A stretch of 64,000 bases of DNA from the human T2T-CHM13v2.0 reference genome, Homo sapiens: assembly GCF_009914755.1 (NCBI RefSeq), contig NC_060933.1, one strand, 5' to 3'. Below are positions 58,724 through 64,000 of this stretch, in pieces. The stretch's first letter is position 1. The number at the start of each line of letters is the position of its first letter. Both the position numbers and the translations under genes were made by a program. Under the pieces are notes generated by a model, which was not told where the DNA came from, did not search any database, and saw nothing but the letters and a program-made list of their open reading frames with translations.

Positions 58724-58939
58724 GAGTGTGGGGCTGATTGTGCTAAGTTCCAGAAGAGTGAGCTAGAATTCAAGTTTAATCGGAAAGCCTTGGAGAGGCC
58801 ATACACCTCGAAGCATTCCTGGGGGAAGACGTACGGGGAGCACAAACGACATCTGGAGTTCAGCCATGACCAGTACAGGGAGCTGCAGAGGTACGCCGAG
58901 GAGGTTGGGATCTTCTTCACTGCCTCTGGCATGGATGAG
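58724..58939 (+). CDS. NANS: NANS coding exon 2
   Basis: Acceptor gtgttgtAG|, donor GAG|GTGAGT, 216 nt. Encodes ECGADCAKFQKSELEFKFNRKALERPYTSKHSWGKTYGEHKRHLEFSHDQYRELQRYAEEVGIFFTASGMDE. Confidence 0.98.
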
Positions 58940-59120
58940 GTGAGTCCTCTGCTGCTCTGTCATTTGTCACTTTAGCAGACCAAGGGTCAGCAGGCAGCCT
59001 GGTGACTTCCGGCTTAGGGCCACCTCCAGCCCTTGCTCATCCTTTCTGTTCCCAGCTACTGGAGAGGCTAGCAGGCGCCAAAGCCCAGTGAGAATCTGTG
59101 GGAAGGATGCCATTGTTTTA

Positions 59121-63580
<4,460 letters not shown>

Positions 63581-63610
63581 GCTTTTTTTTTTTTCCCCCT
63601 GGAGACAGAA

Positions 63611-63903
63611 TGATAACGGTTTGGCTGTGTCTCCACCGAAATCTCAACTTGAATTTTATCTCCCAGAATTCCCACGTGTTGTGGGAGGGACCCAAAGGGA
63701 GGTAGTTGAATCATGGGGGCTGGTCTTTCCCGTGCTATTCTCATGATAGTGAATGAGTCTCATGAGATCTGATGGGTTTATCAGGGGTTTCTGCTTTTGC
63801 TTCTTCCTCATTTTCTCTTGCTGCTGCCATGTAAGAAGTGCCTTTTGCCCCCCACCATGATTCTGAGACCTGCCCAGCCATGTGAAACTGTAAGTCCAAT
63901 TAC
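63611..63903 (+). mobile_element. THE1 (THE1A-like) MaLR LTR, 3'-truncated
   Basis: ggtttggctgtgtctccaccgaaatctcaacttgaatt...cccagccatgtgaaactgtaagtccaatta. Confidence 0.85.
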
Positions 63904-64000
63904 AGCTTACAGCCTTCCCCAGAGTAATCACTTTGAGAAGCACTTTCATTTGGAGGACTAAGTCCTAACCTGGTTGTTAAAAATAATTAGGCTCAGTAGT

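Overview
Human (primate) genomic DNA, recognisable from the encoded proteins as the ANP32B-NANS interval of chr9q22.33. The + strand carries the last four coding exons and 3'UTR of ANP32B (2905-~13890), ~40 kb of repeat-dense intergenic DNA, and the CpG-island promoter plus exons 1-2 of NANS (ATG 54751). Most ORFs in the supplied track are Alu/L1/LTR read-throughs, not genes. Notable repeats: a near-complete Charlie3-type hAT transposon fossil (both TIRs, 8-bp TSD, BED finger, DDE motifs) with an inverted MER1B beside it, an old L1M carrying a full-length U6 retrocopy, and a ~15 kb nest of ERV1/MaLR pieces. I found no convincing new gene system. The best leads are regulatory or evolutionary: a UPRE/Golgi-stress element with paired CCAAT boxes in the NANS promoter, a GAS-bearing MER41, PIP-box-like motifs in two unrelated fossil transposases, a possibly inverted provirus, and frame-preserving Alu-flanked exon modules. 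Repeat subfamily names are from memory of consensus sequences and need RepeatMasker/Dfam confirmation.
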